Source of the DNA: Acholeplasmataceae bacterium
GTDB lineage: Bacteria > Bacillota_I > Bacilli_A > Acholeplasmatales > Acholeplasmataceae
DNA length: 64,000 bases
Assembly (NCBI GenBank): GCA_963675245.1
Contig: OY775910.1
Span: 128,001-192,000 of the forward strand
Direction of reading: 5' to 3'
This document shows positions 28,583 through 39,423 of the stretch, piece after piece. Numbering within the stretch: position 1 is the stretch's first letter; the number at the start of each line of letters is the position of its first letter. The position numbers and the translations under genes were made by a program. The notes below the pieces were generated by a model. That model saw only the letters and a program-made list of their open reading frames with translations, was not told the DNA's origin and did no database searches.

Positions 28583-29227
28583 ATGAAAGTATTTATTGCT
28601 GGTGATTCAACGGCAGCACCAAAGCTAGAAAGTAAACGTCCAGAAACTGGATGGGGAGAATGTATTCATGAATTCTTACCACCCATGTATGACATCTATA
28701 ATATTGCAGAGGATGGACGATCTACTAAATCCTTTATTGATGAAGGTAGATTAGACATTATTGAATCGAAAATAAAAAAAGGTGATCTGTTGATCATCCA
28801 ATTTGGACATAATGATGAGAATAATGATGACCCATCAAGATATACGACTCTATCTCAATATACAGCTAATCTTGACAGATTCGCAAAAGTCGCTATATCT
28901 CATGAAGCTATTCCTGTGTTTATTTCTTCTATTACGAGAAGAAAATTTGTCAATGGAAAATTAGATCCAGATGCTATCAAAGATTATCCAAACGCCATGA
29001 AAGTGTTCGCACATAACTACGGTTATCCCTTCATCGATATGTATAAAATTAGTCAAGATATTTTGAATAAACTCGGTGAAGAAGATTCATTAAAATATTA
29101 CCTTCATTTAAAACCAAGTGAGTATTCCAATTACCCTGAAGGTTTAGATGATGATACACACTTTAGTCCTTATGGTGCAAGGCAGTTTTCAGCGATCATC
29201 GCATCCCAGCTACTTAAGCTTTTATAA
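28583..29227 (+). CDS. SGNH/GDSL esterase, rhamnogalacturonan acetylesterase-like
   Basis: AGDST, GRST, QFGHND, DDTHF. Confidence 0.9.
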   Translation: MKVFIAGDSTAAPKLESKRPETGWGECIHEFLPPMYDIYNIAEDGRSTKSFIDEGRLDIIESKIKKGDLLIIQFGHNDENNDDPSRYTTLSQYTANLDRFAKVAISHEAIPVFISSITRRKFVNGKLDPDAIKDYPNAMKVFAHNYGYPFIDMYKISQDILNKLGEEDSLKYYLHLKPSEYSNYPEGLDDDTHFSPYGARQFSAIIASQLLKLL

Positions 29228-29346
29228 AAAAAATCAACCCTAGTAACTGGGGGGGAATCGCTACTAGGGTCTAGCCAGCGATCTAACGAATCATGGCAAA
29301 GCATCAAAGGGCTAAGCCAATCCACTTCGAAAGAATCATCTGACAC
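29226..29346 (-). ncRNA. Candidate ~120-nt sRNA
   Basis: TTGAAC-17-TATAAT promoter (29379-29351); terminal stem ACCCTAGTA/TACTAGGGT with C7 loop and U run. Confidence 0.5.
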
Positions 29347-29403
29347 CTTTATTATAACCCGAAAATGAAAGAAGTTCAAAGAATTATGTAAATAAAATTT
29401 ACA

Positions 29404-29430
29404 AAAGGCACTAGTATCACTAGTGCCTTT
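29404..29430 (-). terminator. Intrinsic terminator of the glucan operon, displaced by ISL3
   Basis: AAAGGCACTAGT-atc-ACTAGTGCCTTT. Confidence 0.75.
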
Positions 29431-29438
29431 ATTGTTTA

Positions 29439-30902
29439 GGCTCTATAATTATGTTAGGGGTGGATGATTTTATAAAGGGATATAAAAAAGCATAAGTAAA
29501 TCTTATAATAAAGGTAACCACACACTTTAGATAAGGAGTTTACTTATGCAAGACAATTATATCAAGAAAGTACTAAGAATTGAAGACGAGCACTTAAAGA
29601 TTAAGCAAATAGAGACCATTGAGAATGATATGCATGTCCATTTGAGATTCACACAAGGCTATCAATTATGTCCACATTGTGGGAGTTACACTTCTAAAGT
29701 TCACGACTATAGAGATAGAGTCATTAAGCATGGTGTCATCAATGGCTACCATGTGTATTTAAAATACAGACGAAGACGGTATGTCTGTAAACACTGCCAC
29801 AAGCGGTTCCCAGAACCTAATCAGTTCGTTGAGCGTTTCAATAAGATATCCAATGTCACGAAGCATCACATCTTAAGGGAAGCTGAATATGTCCAAAGCT
29901 ATACAGCCATCGCGAAACGTTTGAATGTCTCTGTGCCAACAGCGATGAGACATATCGATAAACACATCCAACCGAGCAGGTTAAAACTATCTGAAACGAT
30001 CAGTATTGATGAATTTAAAAAGCGCAACCTCGGCTATGGCAAATACGCCTTTGTCATCTGTGATCCCATCAACAAGAAAGTGATAGACGTGATGAGAAAC
30101 AGACGGACAGACTGGTTAAAGAATTACTTCAGTCAAATACCTTATGAAGAGCGCAGCAACGTTAAAAACGTCATTATGGACCTATGGGCACCGTACCGGA
30201 ATATCGTGAAAGCTTATTTACCTCATGCGCGCATTATCGCAGACACATTCCACTTCTTAAGATATATCTATTGGTCATTCAACGCCGTAAGAATACGCAT
30301 TATGAAAACATTTGATGAGGATTCTATCAACTATAAGATATTAAAGAAGCATTGGAAGCTCTTGATGAAGTCACCGAGCGACTTGAATGACACTTATTAC
30401 TACCATCATCTCTTAGAACAAAACGTCAATGATTATGTCATACATGATATCGCAGCGAATCTTCACCCGGATTTAAAAGAAGCTTTTCATCTTAAAGATC
30501 TCTTTCAAACCAGCATAGAAACATTATCTTATGAAGAGGCACCGGCTTTTATCAATCAATTCATTGATCTACTCAGACACGCAACCACCAAAGAATTTAG
30601 AGATATTAAGAAAACATTTATCAATTGGCGTCAAGAAATCGTTCAATCATTTGACCTTCATCCTGAAACACGTAAAAAGATGACGAATGGCATTGTCGAA
30701 GGTATTAATAACTTTATTAAAGTCATTAAAAGAACAGCTTATGGATTTACTGATTTCAACAGGTTCAGATCTAGAATTCTCTTTCTTTACAACAAAGATT
30801 ACACATTAAGTGCATAATGAAAAAACGCATTTAGATGAATCACCTAAAAATACGCTTTTCATTGATTTACTTATTCGGTACCCCTATCCTTGACAGAGAA
30901 CC
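29439..30902 (+). mobile_element. ISL3-family IS with 8-bp target duplication
   Basis: Ends GGCTCT.../...AGAACC with inner TAGGGG/CCCCTA; ATTGTTTA at 29431-29438 and 30903-30910. Confidence 0.92.
29546..30817 (+). CDS. ISL3 transposase
   Basis: CPHCG/CKHC zinc finger, ISIDEF, MDLW, ADTFH, TNGIVEGINN. Confidence 0.95.
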   Translation: MQDNYIKKVLRIEDEHLKIKQIETIENDMHVHLRFTQGYQLCPHCGSYTSKVHDYRDRVIKHGVINGYHVYLKYRRRRYVCKHCHKRFPEPNQFVERFNKISNVTKHHILREAEYVQSYTAIAKRLNVSVPTAMRHIDKHIQPSRLKLSETISIDEFKKRNLGYGKYAFVICDPINKKVIDVMRNRRTDWLKNYFSQIPYEERSNVKNVIMDLWAPYRNIVKAYLPHARIIADTFHFLRYIYWSFNAVRIRIMKTFDEDSINYKILKKHWKLLMKSPSDLNDTYYYHHLLEQNVNDYVIHDIAANLHPDLKEAFHLKDLFQTSIETLSYEEAPAFINQFIDLLRHATTKEFRDIKKTFINWRQEIVQSFDLHPETRKKMTNGIVEGINNFIKVIKRTAYGFTDFNRFRSRILFLYNKDYTLSA

Positions 30903-30907
30903 ATTGT

Positions 30908-32080
30908 TTATACGATTGTCATGCTATAAGATGCGCCTATATCACCAACACGTCCGCAGAAATCTACTGCTTTTATTGTGATAATATATGAGCCAGGATC
31001 TAAATCTGTAAATGTATATTGATTCATCGTTGCTGTATCATGAAGGATACCATCGACATAAATCTCATATTGTTCAACACCATAATCATCTGTTGCTGGT
31101 TCCCAGAAGATGCCATTTTCAAGTAAATACATCGAGCTAATATCATCAACAGTACCCGGTACTTCCGTGTCTAAACTTGCATAATCCATTTGATATACAC
31201 GCACATAATCAATTTCAAAAGTCGTTGGGAAGATTGAATCATCAACACCTTGGACACCACCCCAATTACCTCCTATAGCTAAATTAAGGATTAAATAAAA
31301 CTGTTGGTCAAATGGGAATGTATCATCATACGGTTTATCTTGATTAAATTCGGGTACATAAACAAATGGATTTGAATACGGCACACCATCTACATAGGTT
31401 TGAATATAACCTGGTTTCCATATGATTTCATATGTGTAAAATTGAGATTCTGGATTGCTTAGTTCCATGTCATATCCAATTTGTCTGCCATTTGTCCCAT
31501 TGCCATATGTTGTATGAATCGTCGTATGAACCATACCTGGATCATATCCAACATACTCCATGATATCAATCTCGCCTGAGTTAGGCCATCCGCCATAAAC
31601 ACTCATCGTTGGCATCATCCAAATTGCTGGCCATGTACCACGTCCTGGTGCTAATTTAGCACGCACTTGAATACGACCATATCTGAAGTCACCTTTATAT
31701 TTAGAGGTGAGTTTTGCAGATGTATATTCAGCACCACCATATGATTCATCTTTGGCAGTAATGACTAATTTACCATCAACAAGTTCTGCATTATCAGGTC
31801 TGTAATATTGTAATTCATTATTACCAAATCCACCACCGGCATTTTCGATATTCCATCTGTTTAAATCGATACCTAAACCATCAAATTCATCAGCCCAGAT
31901 AGCTACCCAGCCACCATCTAATGTTTTATAATCAGGGTCAACATTGTCGGTTGCAACCAGTGGCTCGAGTCCATTTGGTATATCCACTGGATCTGGATCA
32001 GGATCTGGTTCGTTCCTATCACAAGCGACTAAACTTATTGAAGTAAATGCCAGTATACATAGTAAAATAAATTTCTTCAT
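30908..32080 (-). CDS. GH16 beta-1,3-glucanase lipoprotein with FN3-like tail
   Basis: LVAC lipobox, WADEF, WPAIW, GEIDIME. Confidence 0.92.
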   Translation of the reverse strand: MKKFILLCILAFTSISLVACDRNEPDPDPDPVDIPNGLEPLVATDNVDPDYKTLDGGWVAIWADEFDGLGIDLNRWNIENAGGGFGNNELQYYRPDNAELVDGKLVITAKDESYGGAEYTSAKLTSKYKGDFRYGRIQVRAKLAPGRGTWPAIWMMPTMSVYGGWPNSGEIDIMEYVGYDPGMVHTTIHTTYGNGTNGRQIGYDMELSNPESQFYTYEIIWKPGYIQTYVDGVPYSNPFVYVPEFNQDKPYDDTFPFDQQFYLILNLAIGGNWGGVQGVDDSIFPTTFEIDYVRVYQMDYASLDTEVPGTVDDISSMYLLENGIFWEPATDDYGVEQYEIYVDGILHDTATMNQYTFTDLDPGSYIITIKAVDFCGRVGDIGASYSMTIV

Positions 32081-32093
32081 AAATTCTCCTTTA

Positions 32094-33026
32094 TTATTCG
32101 CCTGTAATACCACTTCTATCAATACTTTCAACAAAGTAGCGTTGAGCGATAAAATATAATATCAATAGCGGTAATATCGTAACCATACTACCTGCTAATC
32201 TAATAGCTTCGTTCAATTCATTACCAGGACTATCTGGTGGGAATAACGTATTATAACTATTTTGGAACGCAATGAGTTTCGTTGGCAATGTCACGTTACC
32301 ACCTGCATATAGAGGTGTAATATACGTTTCATTCCAGTACCATACAAAACTGAATAAAAAGACGATTAAGAATGCTGGTAATACTAGCGGAATCGCGATT
32401 CTAAAAAATACGCGTAATGGTCCTGCACCATCTACTTCAGCAGACTCAAATAATACTTCAGGAATCGTTTTATAAAATGAGTAGAAAATGAGAATATAAA
32501 TGGCTGCATTAAGCCCTTGTCCGCTCATTGCAGGAAAGAGTAATGCCCATCTTGTGCTCATAATACCTAAGTTTCTAAAGATTAATACATTGCTGATTAA
32601 CGTGACTGCTTGAGGTAATATAAATGTGGCAAGCATTAACCCAAACAAAATCTTCTTTAATGGAAAATCAAATCTTGCAAAACCATAACCAATCAACATT
32701 GAAGATAAAGTTACAGCAAGCGAGTTCCATAATATAAATGACGTTGAATCCCAGATTGCTTTTGGAATTTCTAAAACCTCAAATGCTCTACCATAATTGG
32801 ACCATTGAAGTGATGTAGGAATCCAGTTGACACCTGGATTAATTAAATCTTCGACAGACATTAAACTATTCATTGTCATGAAAAGGATTGGGTATAAATA
32901 AATATAACCAAAACTAATCAATAAAACATAGATGACTAATTTATACAAAAATCCTTCAGTGATATTCATACCAAGTAAGAAACGTTTGGCTTTTGTTCTA
33001 AAGAGTTTCCAATCAAAGTTTTTCAT
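32094..33026 (-). CDS. Carbohydrate ABC permease (MalG type)
   Basis: ESAEVDGA loop, WYWN. Confidence 0.92.
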   Translation of the reverse strand: MKNFDWKLFRTKAKRFLLGMNITEGFLYKLVIYVLLISFGYIYLYPILFMTMNSLMSVEDLINPGVNWIPTSLQWSNYGRAFEVLEIPKAIWDSTSFILWNSLAVTLSSMLIGYGFARFDFPLKKILFGLMLATFILPQAVTLISNVLIFRNLGIMSTRWALLFPAMSGQGLNAAIYILIFYSFYKTIPEVLFESAEVDGAGPLRVFFRIAIPLVLPAFLIVFLFSFVWYWNETYITPLYAGGNVTLPTKLIAFQNSYNTLFPPDSPGNELNEAIRLAGSMVTILPLLILYFIAQRYFVESIDRSGITGE

Positions 33027-34120
33027 TAGTTCTTCTCCTTTCTTGGTTTCAAGATCAGGATGAAGATACCCATAATGATGACCATGAGGGCAAAGTATAT
33101 CCAGGCGGCTGCAGATGCGAATCCATAACCAAACCAGAAGTTAGATGTCGTATCCCCTAACTGCATATGAAGTTTAATGGTTGATAAGATACCATCTGTG
33201 TCTTCAAACATAGACATGGACACGACGATATAGACAATAACGATCGTGATGAAAGGCCTAATGGAAGGTAATGTAATCTTCCAAAACCGATCCCATGGCG
33301 ATGCTCCATCAATGGATGCTGCTTCATATACCGAAGGATCAATCTTTTGTAACGCAGCAAGGAAAATCAGAATAGGCACACCTGCATACCATAAGATTTG
33401 TAACATACTCATGAGTACTGTTTCTAATGGTCCTGCAAGCCAAGCACCTAGATTTTCTTGTATATAGAATAACACATTTGAGTTTTGCAAACTAGGAAGA
33501 GACGTTGCTTCTTGTTCATTCAAATAATTGATAACAGGTCCACTTGATATAACAACAGGTAAGAAGAAAATCGTACGCCAGAATCCTTTCATTTTAATAG
33601 GATTGTTAATTAATACTGAAATTAAAATAGCGAAAACAATAATGAGTGGCACTGCAAGTACCATCTTACCAACATAATTAATAAAGAGTGGTAATAGTGT
33701 TGAATTTCTTATGACCATAGGATAGTTCTGGAAACCTACCCAAGTGATTCTAATACCTTCAATATTATAATAGGATTCTGTCAAACTTAAATAGAAAGAA
33801 TAAAACATTGGATAAAGTGTAAATATAGCAAAACCTACAATCCATATGGCGATAAAAGAGAATCCATAAATAGCTGCTCTTCTTTTTCTTGTGACTTTAA
33901 TTGTGATGAAACTAAATAACTTAATTTTCAGACCATCTACACGTAAAATCGGATTATGTGTTAATGCATATTTAATTTTATTTGTGACTGGATAAATATG
34001 TCTCCGATTTATTTCATAGATAAAATCACGGCTCTTCGTCAACCCCGTTTTAATCAATTCACTCAATTTTATAAATGGTTTTTTTATCGCTTCCACGATA
34101 TATGCTAGACGTTTTTTCAT
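33026..34120 (-). CDS. Carbohydrate ABC permease (MalF type)
   Basis: YEAASIDGA. Confidence 0.92.
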   Translation of the reverse strand: MKKRLAYIVEAIKKPFIKLSELIKTGLTKSRDFIYEINRRHIYPVTNKIKYALTHNPILRVDGLKIKLFSFITIKVTRKRRAAIYGFSFIAIWIVGFAIFTLYPMFYSFYLSLTESYYNIEGIRITWVGFQNYPMVIRNSTLLPLFINYVGKMVLAVPLIIVFAILISVLINNPIKMKGFWRTIFFLPVVISSGPVINYLNEQEATSLPSLQNSNVLFYIQENLGAWLAGPLETVLMSMLQILWYAGVPILIFLAALQKIDPSVYEAASIDGASPWDRFWKITLPSIRPFITIVIVYIVVSMSMFEDTDGILSTIKLHMQLGDTTSNFWFGYGFASAAAWIYFALMVIIMGIFILILKPRKEKN

Positions 34121-36513
34121 TATACAACAACCTCGTAATTCCTAGGTTGGACGGTGATGTCGCCATCCGTCATTGTACTATATGTGTAGTTCACATAAAT
34201 GATCACATCATTATCGTAAGTCACTTTAACAAACCCAGTTGCTAATACTTCTCTGTCTTCTACTTTAGCATGAACAACTTGATTTAATGCTGCATTGACA
34301 TATTGATAAGAAGACACAATTTCATCTTCATAATTTAAAAGCTGTGTGGTGTAATATAATGCTGCATTGGTATAACGCATTTCATACGTTTCTTTTTCTG
34401 TCAGTACATAACTTGGATTTAAACCAAAGTCAACCATCATCAATAAACGATCTTCTTCTAACGCATTAAAGTTTAAATATGGCGTAAATGCTGATACACT
34501 ACCCTTTAAAACGATTGGTATAAATGGTATTAAATCGGTATAAAAATCATATTGTGTGTTTGTAATTGGCATATCTAAGTATCCGGAAATACTTCCATAA
34601 AAATATTCATTTGGTTGTGATAACACTACTTTGTCATATTGATCTACCAATTGCTTATAATAAGATAGCGATTCATCTCTTTCAAAGTTTTCATCATCAT
34701 AATAACTAAATAATATATTTCCAATCGTATATAGATGCAATCCAGTTACACCAAGATCTTCAAAAAATTGTAGATCATCTTCACTTAACGCTAAACTTTG
34801 CTTAGGATAAAGCATATAGTAATTAGTTATTTGTCCATTCAAATTTCTACTAGAAAAAGCCATTTTTAACTTAGATAAAGTCATAGCGACATCTCTATTA
34901 TAGTTGATTCTTGTTGCGTATTCACTACTATATATATAATCATTGGTTAAATAAACTGTATTGCCATCTTCTGTGATTGTCGTGAAAAGATCTTCATACG
35001 CATTCCTATTTGCAAGTCTTGTTCGATATGGTGCTTGAGATATTAAATCATCTCTTTTACTCCATCCAAGTAACGTCACAAGTTGATTAGATAACCCTTG
35101 ATTTTGAAAATAGTTATAAGCATCTAATGCCTCTTCTGGTGATGTCATTTCAATTCTTGTTGTACCTATAAACGCCTGTTCTTGTGCATTCATAATATAA
35201 CTGAGTTGAATTGGAATTTGGTTATTATTGACTTGTTCTCTTTGCGATAAAATGCCGTCATCTATCAATTGATCACGATAGTCTTTTGCCATACCGACAT
35301 AAGAAGCATCTTCCTCTGATAAGAATGTAAACTCAATATTATAATTGATTTTTGTATGATCTTCACTAACCGCGTCATTACCTTCTCCAGCCCGGTTAAT
35401 AATATATCTAAATATTTGTCTAATATTGTATTTCGCATTCACTCTTTGGTACCTTGTGGAATCTCCCCACAAGTTTAATATAAGTGATGCCGTTTCTGCA
35501 CCTTCTGTAATATGTGCATAAAAACCATTTTGATTCACTTCATGAATCATCCCATAAACAGGTAATGTTAGATTTGATGTTGTTGCTGATTGATACCCAA
35601 AATCTGTCCCATAAAATCTCGCTTGTAATCTTGTATTATAACGTTGATTCATTCTAATCATCGCACCAACACCATCAGGTATCACAATATAACCAGGAAT
35701 TTTGTCTTCACGTGCAGCCCCTAAATAAGGGAATACTTGAATAGACATTAATCTAAATTTTTCACCCGTTTCATTAATGGATGTCGGATCGATATGAGCA
35801 TTCACACGTTCACCATCAATAGACATACTGACGTCAAAACTAATATCTAAGACATATAACTCGATATGAACATTAAATGTATCACTTGAATGATTAGTAA
35901 TCGTTGTTTCTACTGCTTCATAGTCATAACTATCTTCAACGATATAGAACGGTCTTAATAGATCGTTATTTTCTTCAGTGATTGAGCCATTGTTTTGATA
36001 TTCAACATCTGCTAGTGAATAAAGAGATTCTAACTTGATTTGTGATGATGCTACCGCATTTGTAATATTAATATATTCAACAATCAATCCAGAATTCATT
36101 AAGTTTCTAGTAGCCGTGTTGTCTTCTCTTTGTTCAGAAATGCCTTGTAGTTCAGGTCTTGAACTCCAATAATATCCTGTAATTTTGTTATAGACAACCA
36201 TACTAAATGAATCTTTTTCAAAGTAAACACGTATATCAGAAGATTCTAACATGAGTTCGTATCCTAGTGTATCTAACTTTTCAGTCGGATACGTCACTTG
36301 ATATTCATTGTGATAAGCATCCAATACATCTTGGTCTACAAGATCAGTTTGTGTGTATCTTGAACTTTCAAATAAGAGTTGATTAATGTATGAATAATTT
36401 TCAATGGTACCGTCACTTGTCACCATATAACGTGGTTTAGCTGCATAAACAAATCCTACTGTTAAAACCGTTATGAGTGCAAGTATTGTGACAATTTTAA
36501 ATGTTTTAACCAC
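34120..36513 (-). CDS. DUF5696-like exported protein
   Basis: Signal peptide, PYLGA...GYIVIPDGVG, LPVYGM; typical position in this ABC module. Confidence 0.7.
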   Translation of the reverse strand: MVKTFKIVTILALITVLTVGFVYAAKPRYMVTSDGTIENYSYINQLLFESSRYTQTDLVDQDVLDAYHNEYQVTYPTEKLDTLGYELMLESSDIRVYFEKDSFSMVVYNKITGYYWSSRPELQGISEQREDNTATRNLMNSGLIVEYINITNAVASSQIKLESLYSLADVEYQNNGSITEENNDLLRPFYIVEDSYDYEAVETTITNHSSDTFNVHIELYVLDISFDVSMSIDGERVNAHIDPTSINETGEKFRLMSIQVFPYLGAAREDKIPGYIVIPDGVGAMIRMNQRYNTRLQARFYGTDFGYQSATTSNLTLPVYGMIHEVNQNGFYAHITEGAETASLILNLWGDSTRYQRVNAKYNIRQIFRYIINRAGEGNDAVSEDHTKINYNIEFTFLSEEDASYVGMAKDYRDQLIDDGILSQREQVNNNQIPIQLSYIMNAQEQAFIGTTRIEMTSPEEALDAYNYFQNQGLSNQLVTLLGWSKRDDLISQAPYRTRLANRNAYEDLFTTITEDGNTVYLTNDYIYSSEYATRINYNRDVAMTLSKLKMAFSSRNLNGQITNYYMLYPKQSLALSEDDLQFFEDLGVTGLHLYTIGNILFSYYDDENFERDESLSYYKQLVDQYDKVVLSQPNEYFYGSISGYLDMPITNTQYDFYTDLIPFIPIVLKGSVSAFTPYLNFNALEEDRLLMMVDFGLNPSYVLTEKETYEMRYTNAALYYTTQLLNYEDEIVSSYQYVNAALNQVVHAKVEDREVLATGFVKVTYDNDVIIYVNYTYSTMTDGDITVQPRNYEVVV

Positions 36514-38539
36514 GATTCATCAACTCCCTTACAATATCATAGAATAGACCATATACCTCAGTTAATAACAAATAGACAATCGCTGAAATAGCGACGATCA
36601 TAATCGCAGTAAATATTGTGATAAGTATATTAGCAATCGTTGGACGCATGTCATAGAAATGAATTTCTTTGATCATGATGATGAAGTAAATCACTGTAAT
36701 CGCTATACCAAGATATAAAATCGTATTATAAATAAATGTTTCATTATACGTTAAACCATTAGAAACAAGTGTTAATATCGGTAACGTAATGATCATTGGT
36801 AGTAACGTATAAGCTGATGCTTGGAAAACATCAGAAAGTTTACCTTCGCCATCTCTAATCGTACTGACAAGATAATTTGCACCAACCCATAAGAAGAAAG
36901 GTCCAAATATCGTAACGACTTGTTGGAATAAATTAATTTCTGATGGCACTGTATTATTAAATAAGAAACTCGTTCTATAAATCCATAAAATATAAGCTAA
37001 GAAGAACAGTATCACATAGATTAAAGCTGTTAAATTTGATCCTTGACCTTCTCTTTTAATGCCATAATAGCCATCACTCGGATGTTTAATTAGTGTAAAT
37101 GAATACACCATATCGCGATAAAATTTATATTCTCTTAACTTCTTTTTAGTTGCTTGTACAGGTATTGCCACATAATCCATGAAATGAACAAATTGATTAA
37201 TCGCGTACAAAACAACAAGTGCAATTAATATGATAATAATAAACTCACCACTACCTAATAAGAATTCATTTCTTACTTCCCAAAACGCATTTGAATAGCC
37301 ATCTTGATCCCTTGCTACCGCGTAATAGGTCATGGCTTGTTCATAATCCATTTGTGCAAAATATGCATCACCAATACCTTTATTAGCTAAATCAAATAAG
37401 GCATTCATTTTTAAGACTTCTTGCCATGGACCTAATGATTCGCTATATTGTCCATCTTGATATAACGATATTGCATGATGAACAAGATTTGAAAATTCAG
37501 TTGGAATGAATACTTGTAAGGATGATGTTGTTTTATCAATTGCGAATATATTCGACTTCGAATCAACAGCAATACCAGTTGGTGCTTGGAATAAACCTTT
37601 TTGACCATAAAGATCAGTACCACCAAAGACAAATAAAACCTGCCCGTCTGGTGAATATTCTAAAATGTAACCGTCAGAAGTAATGGTATAAATCGTTTCA
37701 TATGGTCCAACAAATAAGTCTTCATTTGTATCCAAACCCCAAACAGATGCATTATAGACAAAGTTAGCAATGTTTAATTTGAGGTAGCCATCAACACCTT
37801 TGGTTGTTGTTAAAATTAAGCCATCATGGTCAACAGCAATATTATAAACAGGATCAGGAATGATTTGGAACCAATCACGTCTTTGTTGCTCATCAAATAA
37901 CATATATCGAATGACATTATCAAATGTTGCAGGAATCGTATTACCACCAAAATAACCAAAGAATTCCCCAGTGTTTTCATATTCTGCTAAACCATTAATA
38001 TTTCCACTTAATTGGAGATAAACATTCCCACCTCGATCGGTGACAATCTTTGTAGGATCAAACGCATCTTCATCCGTGAAATACGGTGTATTAACTGGTT
38101 TTTCATAAACAACTTCAACGTCATATGTACCAAGATCATCACTAAATTTGAATGCTTGTTTTAAACCAAAATCTGCGACATATAAATGACCATCAATACC
38201 GACATGAACACCGGTTGGTTCTTGCAAAATCGTATCACCTATAATGGTAACCTCATCAGATTGTAAACTATATTTAATCACTCTACCATTGCCTGTATCA
38301 GCAATATAAACATTATCATTTTCATCAATGGTAATGTCAGATGGTTCAGATAACTCAACACCACCAAGATTATAACTAATTGATAAAGGTAGGTAAGCAT
38401 CTTGTGTCCAGACCATACGATGTGTGGCACTGGAATATGTATAGGTGTTGTAAGGTACGCCATTTGCTTGTGTATCAACCGCTGGGATTATAAGGATGAT
38501 GGCTAAGACAAGCAAGAAAGCTACAATTTTCTTAATCAT
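36506..38539 (-). CDS. NHL-repeat/TPR/YIP1-type membrane protein
   Basis: VYIADTGNGRV NHL repeats, TPR-like segment, C-terminal multi-TM. Confidence 0.8.
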   Translation of the reverse strand: MIKKIVAFLLVLAIILIIPAVDTQANGVPYNTYTYSSATHRMVWTQDAYLPLSISYNLGGVELSEPSDITIDENDNVYIADTGNGRVIKYSLQSDEVTIIGDTILQEPTGVHVGIDGHLYVADFGLKQAFKFSDDLGTYDVEVVYEKPVNTPYFTDEDAFDPTKIVTDRGGNVYLQLSGNINGLAEYENTGEFFGYFGGNTIPATFDNVIRYMLFDEQQRRDWFQIIPDPVYNIAVDHDGLILTTTKGVDGYLKLNIANFVYNASVWGLDTNEDLFVGPYETIYTITSDGYILEYSPDGQVLFVFGGTDLYGQKGLFQAPTGIAVDSKSNIFAIDKTTSSLQVFIPTEFSNLVHHAISLYQDGQYSESLGPWQEVLKMNALFDLANKGIGDAYFAQMDYEQAMTYYAVARDQDGYSNAFWEVRNEFLLGSGEFIIIILIALVVLYAINQFVHFMDYVAIPVQATKKKLREYKFYRDMVYSFTLIKHPSDGYYGIKREGQGSNLTALIYVILFFLAYILWIYRTSFLFNNTVPSEINLFQQVVTIFGPFFLWVGANYLVSTIRDGEGKLSDVFQASAYTLLPMIITLPILTLVSNGLTYNETFIYNTILYLGIAITVIYFIIMIKEIHFYDMRPTIANILITIFTAIMIVAISAIVYLLLTEVYGLFYDIVRELMNRG

Positions 38540-39417
38540 TATTTAATCCCCGAATGTGCCATCGTATTCATCACTTTACTCTGTAAAATGATAAATAGGA
38601 GGAAGTTTGGTGCGAACATGATGAGTGAAGCTGCTGCGGCTAATCCCTGCCCAGCAACGATATTACCTCTTGTCGAAACAAGGGTTTGCATGTAGAACGC
38701 TAATGTTCGCTTACTCTCTGAATCAATATATAAAACCGACGTCGTCGCATCATTCCAAATCGCTTGAAATGCAAGAATACCTACTGTGGCGATTGCTGGT
38801 GTGATAATAGGCAAGATAATGTGTAGGAAAATCTGCATTTCAGATGCACCATCAATCTTCGCTGATTCAATTAACTCATTTGGTGTTTGATCAATAAACT
38901 GCTTAATCAAAAACATTGCCACCGGCATAATGATTACAGGCAATATATGTGCCCAATACGTATCTAAAAGACCAAGTCTTGCAATCACTAAGAATCGTGG
39001 TATTTGGACAGCAATTGGTACGAACATCAATGCGAGTGTATTTAATTCAAATAAGAATTTTTTACCTTTGAATTTTAATTTAGAAAGACCATAAGCAGAT
39101 AATGCTGTAAACAATATCGCTAAAAATACACCTATAATAGTTACGAGTAAACTGTTAACTAGATATCTTGATACCGGTATACCTGAATTACCAGCCACCG
39201 TAAATAACTCTGAGAAATTATCCAAGGTCGGTTGTCTTACAAAAAACCGTGGTGGATACGCGAAGAGTTCACTTCTTGGTTTAAACGCATGGTTAATAAT
39301 AAACATGATTGGTAATAACATCAGCATCGAAAAGGGGATAAGTACCGCGAAGAAAGGTAGCTGACTTGGATGGAAGTTTCTTGGGTTTATCTTCGTACCC
39401 TGAAATTTAGAGGCCAC
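38539..39417 (-). CDS. Carbohydrate ABC permease (MalG type)
   Basis: ESAKIDGA. Confidence 0.92.
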   Translation of the reverse strand: MASKFQGTKINPRNFHPSQLPFFAVLIPFSMLMLLPIMFIINHAFKPRSELFAYPPRFFVRQPTLDNFSELFTVAGNSGIPVSRYLVNSLLVTIIGVFLAILFTALSAYGLSKLKFKGKKFLFELNTLALMFVPIAVQIPRFLVIARLGLLDTYWAHILPVIIMPVAMFLIKQFIDQTPNELIESAKIDGASEMQIFLHIILPIITPAIATVGILAFQAIWNDATTSVLYIDSESKRTLAFYMQTLVSTRGNIVAGQGLAAAASLIMFAPNFLLFIILQSKVMNTMAHSGIK

Positions 39418-39423
39418 TTTTCA

